This document shows, one piece after another, positions 62,864 to 64,000 of a stretch of 64,000 nucleotides of DNA (its first letter is position 1; each line of letters opens with the position of its first letter). The notes beneath the pieces are model-generated. The model was not told the origin of the DNA. It did not search any database and saw only the letters and a list, made by a program, of their open reading frames with translations. This DNA comes from Antedon mediterranea (lineage: Eukaryota; Animalia; Echinodermata): positions 9,796,001 through 9,860,000 of the forward strand of contig NC_092673.1 of the NCBI RefSeq assembly GCF_964355755.1, given 5' to 3'. A program made the translations under genes and the position numbers.

Positions 62864-64000
62864 ATGGCTGATAAACAATCAACAACAAGATCCGGTAGAG
62901 AATACAGCGGCGGCGATGAAACTGATTCGGATGTAGAATCAGTTCAATCAGTACAACCTGAACAACAGGCAGAAGAGTCTGGACCAACCAGTGGACATAA
63001 CCCTACAGGGGCTGACTCATTTTCAAAAGATTTGTTGTTGTTGATGCAGCAGCAAATGCAACAGCAAATGCAACAGCAAATGCAACAGCAAATGCAGCAA
63101 CAAATGCAACAGCAGAATCTTATGATGCAGCAGATGATGGACAGACAAGAACGTTTACGTAGGGAAGATATGGAGAAACAGCAAGCATTAGTAATGGCGT
63201 TAATGGATAAGCAAAAGGACAGTGAGGAGAAACGATTAAAGGACATAATGAGATTGAAGGAAGTTCAGATTGCAAAACTTTCTGATAGTGAGGATATTGA
63301 AAATTATCTTACTACGTTTGAACGAATTGCTAACACCTATGAGTGGCGAAAAGAACACTGGGTAGTAAAACTAATACCTCATTTGACAGGCAAAGCAAGA
63401 GCAGCCTATGCATCACTACCAGTGACAGAAAGTAACCAGTACGATATAGTGAAGAAAGCAATATTACAAAGGTATGACATAACTGAAGAGACATATAGAC
63501 AAAGGTCAATTAAAAAGAAAAGTGAAGAAAGTTATAGAGAAATGTATGTTAGGTTGAAAGACTTATTTACTAAGTGGGCTAGGCCTGCTGATAAAAGCAA
63601 AGAGGATTTAGCTGAAATTGTTATTTTAGAGCAATTAATAGATATTATGCCCACAGGGGTACAAATTTGGGTTAAAGAACATAAACCAGATTCTGGATTA
63701 AATGCTGCAGAATTAGCAGATAATTATTTTCAAGCTAGAAAAGGTATCGATTTTGAGAAAAAGTTTCAAAATAGAAAACACGAAAATCGAAACAACCAGG
63801 AGAAAACAGTGAAAGGCACTCCTGAAGTTGACACTAGAGATCATGCTAGAAAAGAAAAACTAAGAGAGGAAAACGAATTAAAGTCGGAAAAAGCTTCTGG
63901 GGTTATTTCACATCAGTTAGATGATGTGGTTAATTTTCAAGAAGAATTTGGACATTTAGATGGCCAACTACTCAGTAACAACCCTCCCAAGGAAAAAGTT
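62864..64000 (+). CDS. Gypsy (Gmr1-like) gag with SCAN-like capsid C-domain; open to the window end
   Basis: EDIENYLTTFER..W...W...L.P.LTGKARAAY...Y..VKKAILQRY...ETYRQR...ILEQL...WVKEHKP. Confidence 0.88.
   Translation, partial: MADKQSTTRSGREYSGGDETDSDVESVQSVQPEQQAEESGPTSGHNPTGADSFSKDLLLLMQQQMQQQMQQQMQQQMQQQMQQQNLMMQQMMDRQERLRREDMEKQQALVMALMDKQKDSEEKRLKDIMRLKEVQIAKLSDSEDIENYLTTFERIANTYEWRKEHWVVKLIPHLTGKARAAYASLPVTESNQYDIVKKAILQRYDITEETYRQRSIKKKSEESYREMYVRLKDLFTKWARPADKSKEDLAEIVILEQLIDIMPTGVQIWVKEHKPDSGLNAAELADNYFQARKGIDFEKKFQNRKHENRNNQEKTVKGTPEVDTRDHARKEKLREENELKSEKASGVISHQLDDVVNFQEEFGHLDGQLLSNNPPKEKV

Noticed and set aside
62944-63246. Cys-rich minus-strand ORF (CCIC)n
   Set aside because: Antisense reading of the gag MQQQ repeat

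Overview
AT-rich animal (probably invertebrate) genomic DNA. Positions ~6.7-24.9 kb hold the 3' part of an intact, spliced Notch gene on the + strand: 11 exons covering the last five EGF repeats, 3 LNR, HD, TM, RAM, ANK and PEST, with TE-filled introns. The rest of the window is a dense stack of transposons: an inverted pair of hAT-like elements whose split target-site duplication points to a 3.7-kb inversion, a Penelope insertion, a Mag-type Gypsy, a non-autonomous GalEa-type Copia, many MITEs, and the start of a Gmr1-like Gypsy. The most striking object is at ~49.3-62 kb. It is a putative giant Mutator-like DNA transposon whose eight splice-phase-compatible exons join into one ~1,400-aa protein: protein kinase, acidic duplicated exons, herpes-tegument-type (C76/VTD-like) deubiquitinase, GCM-like zinc domain, MULE DDE transposase and a C-terminal zinc finger. 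Its only three lesions lie in homopolymer runs. All domain calls come from motif recognition by eye, not database searches.
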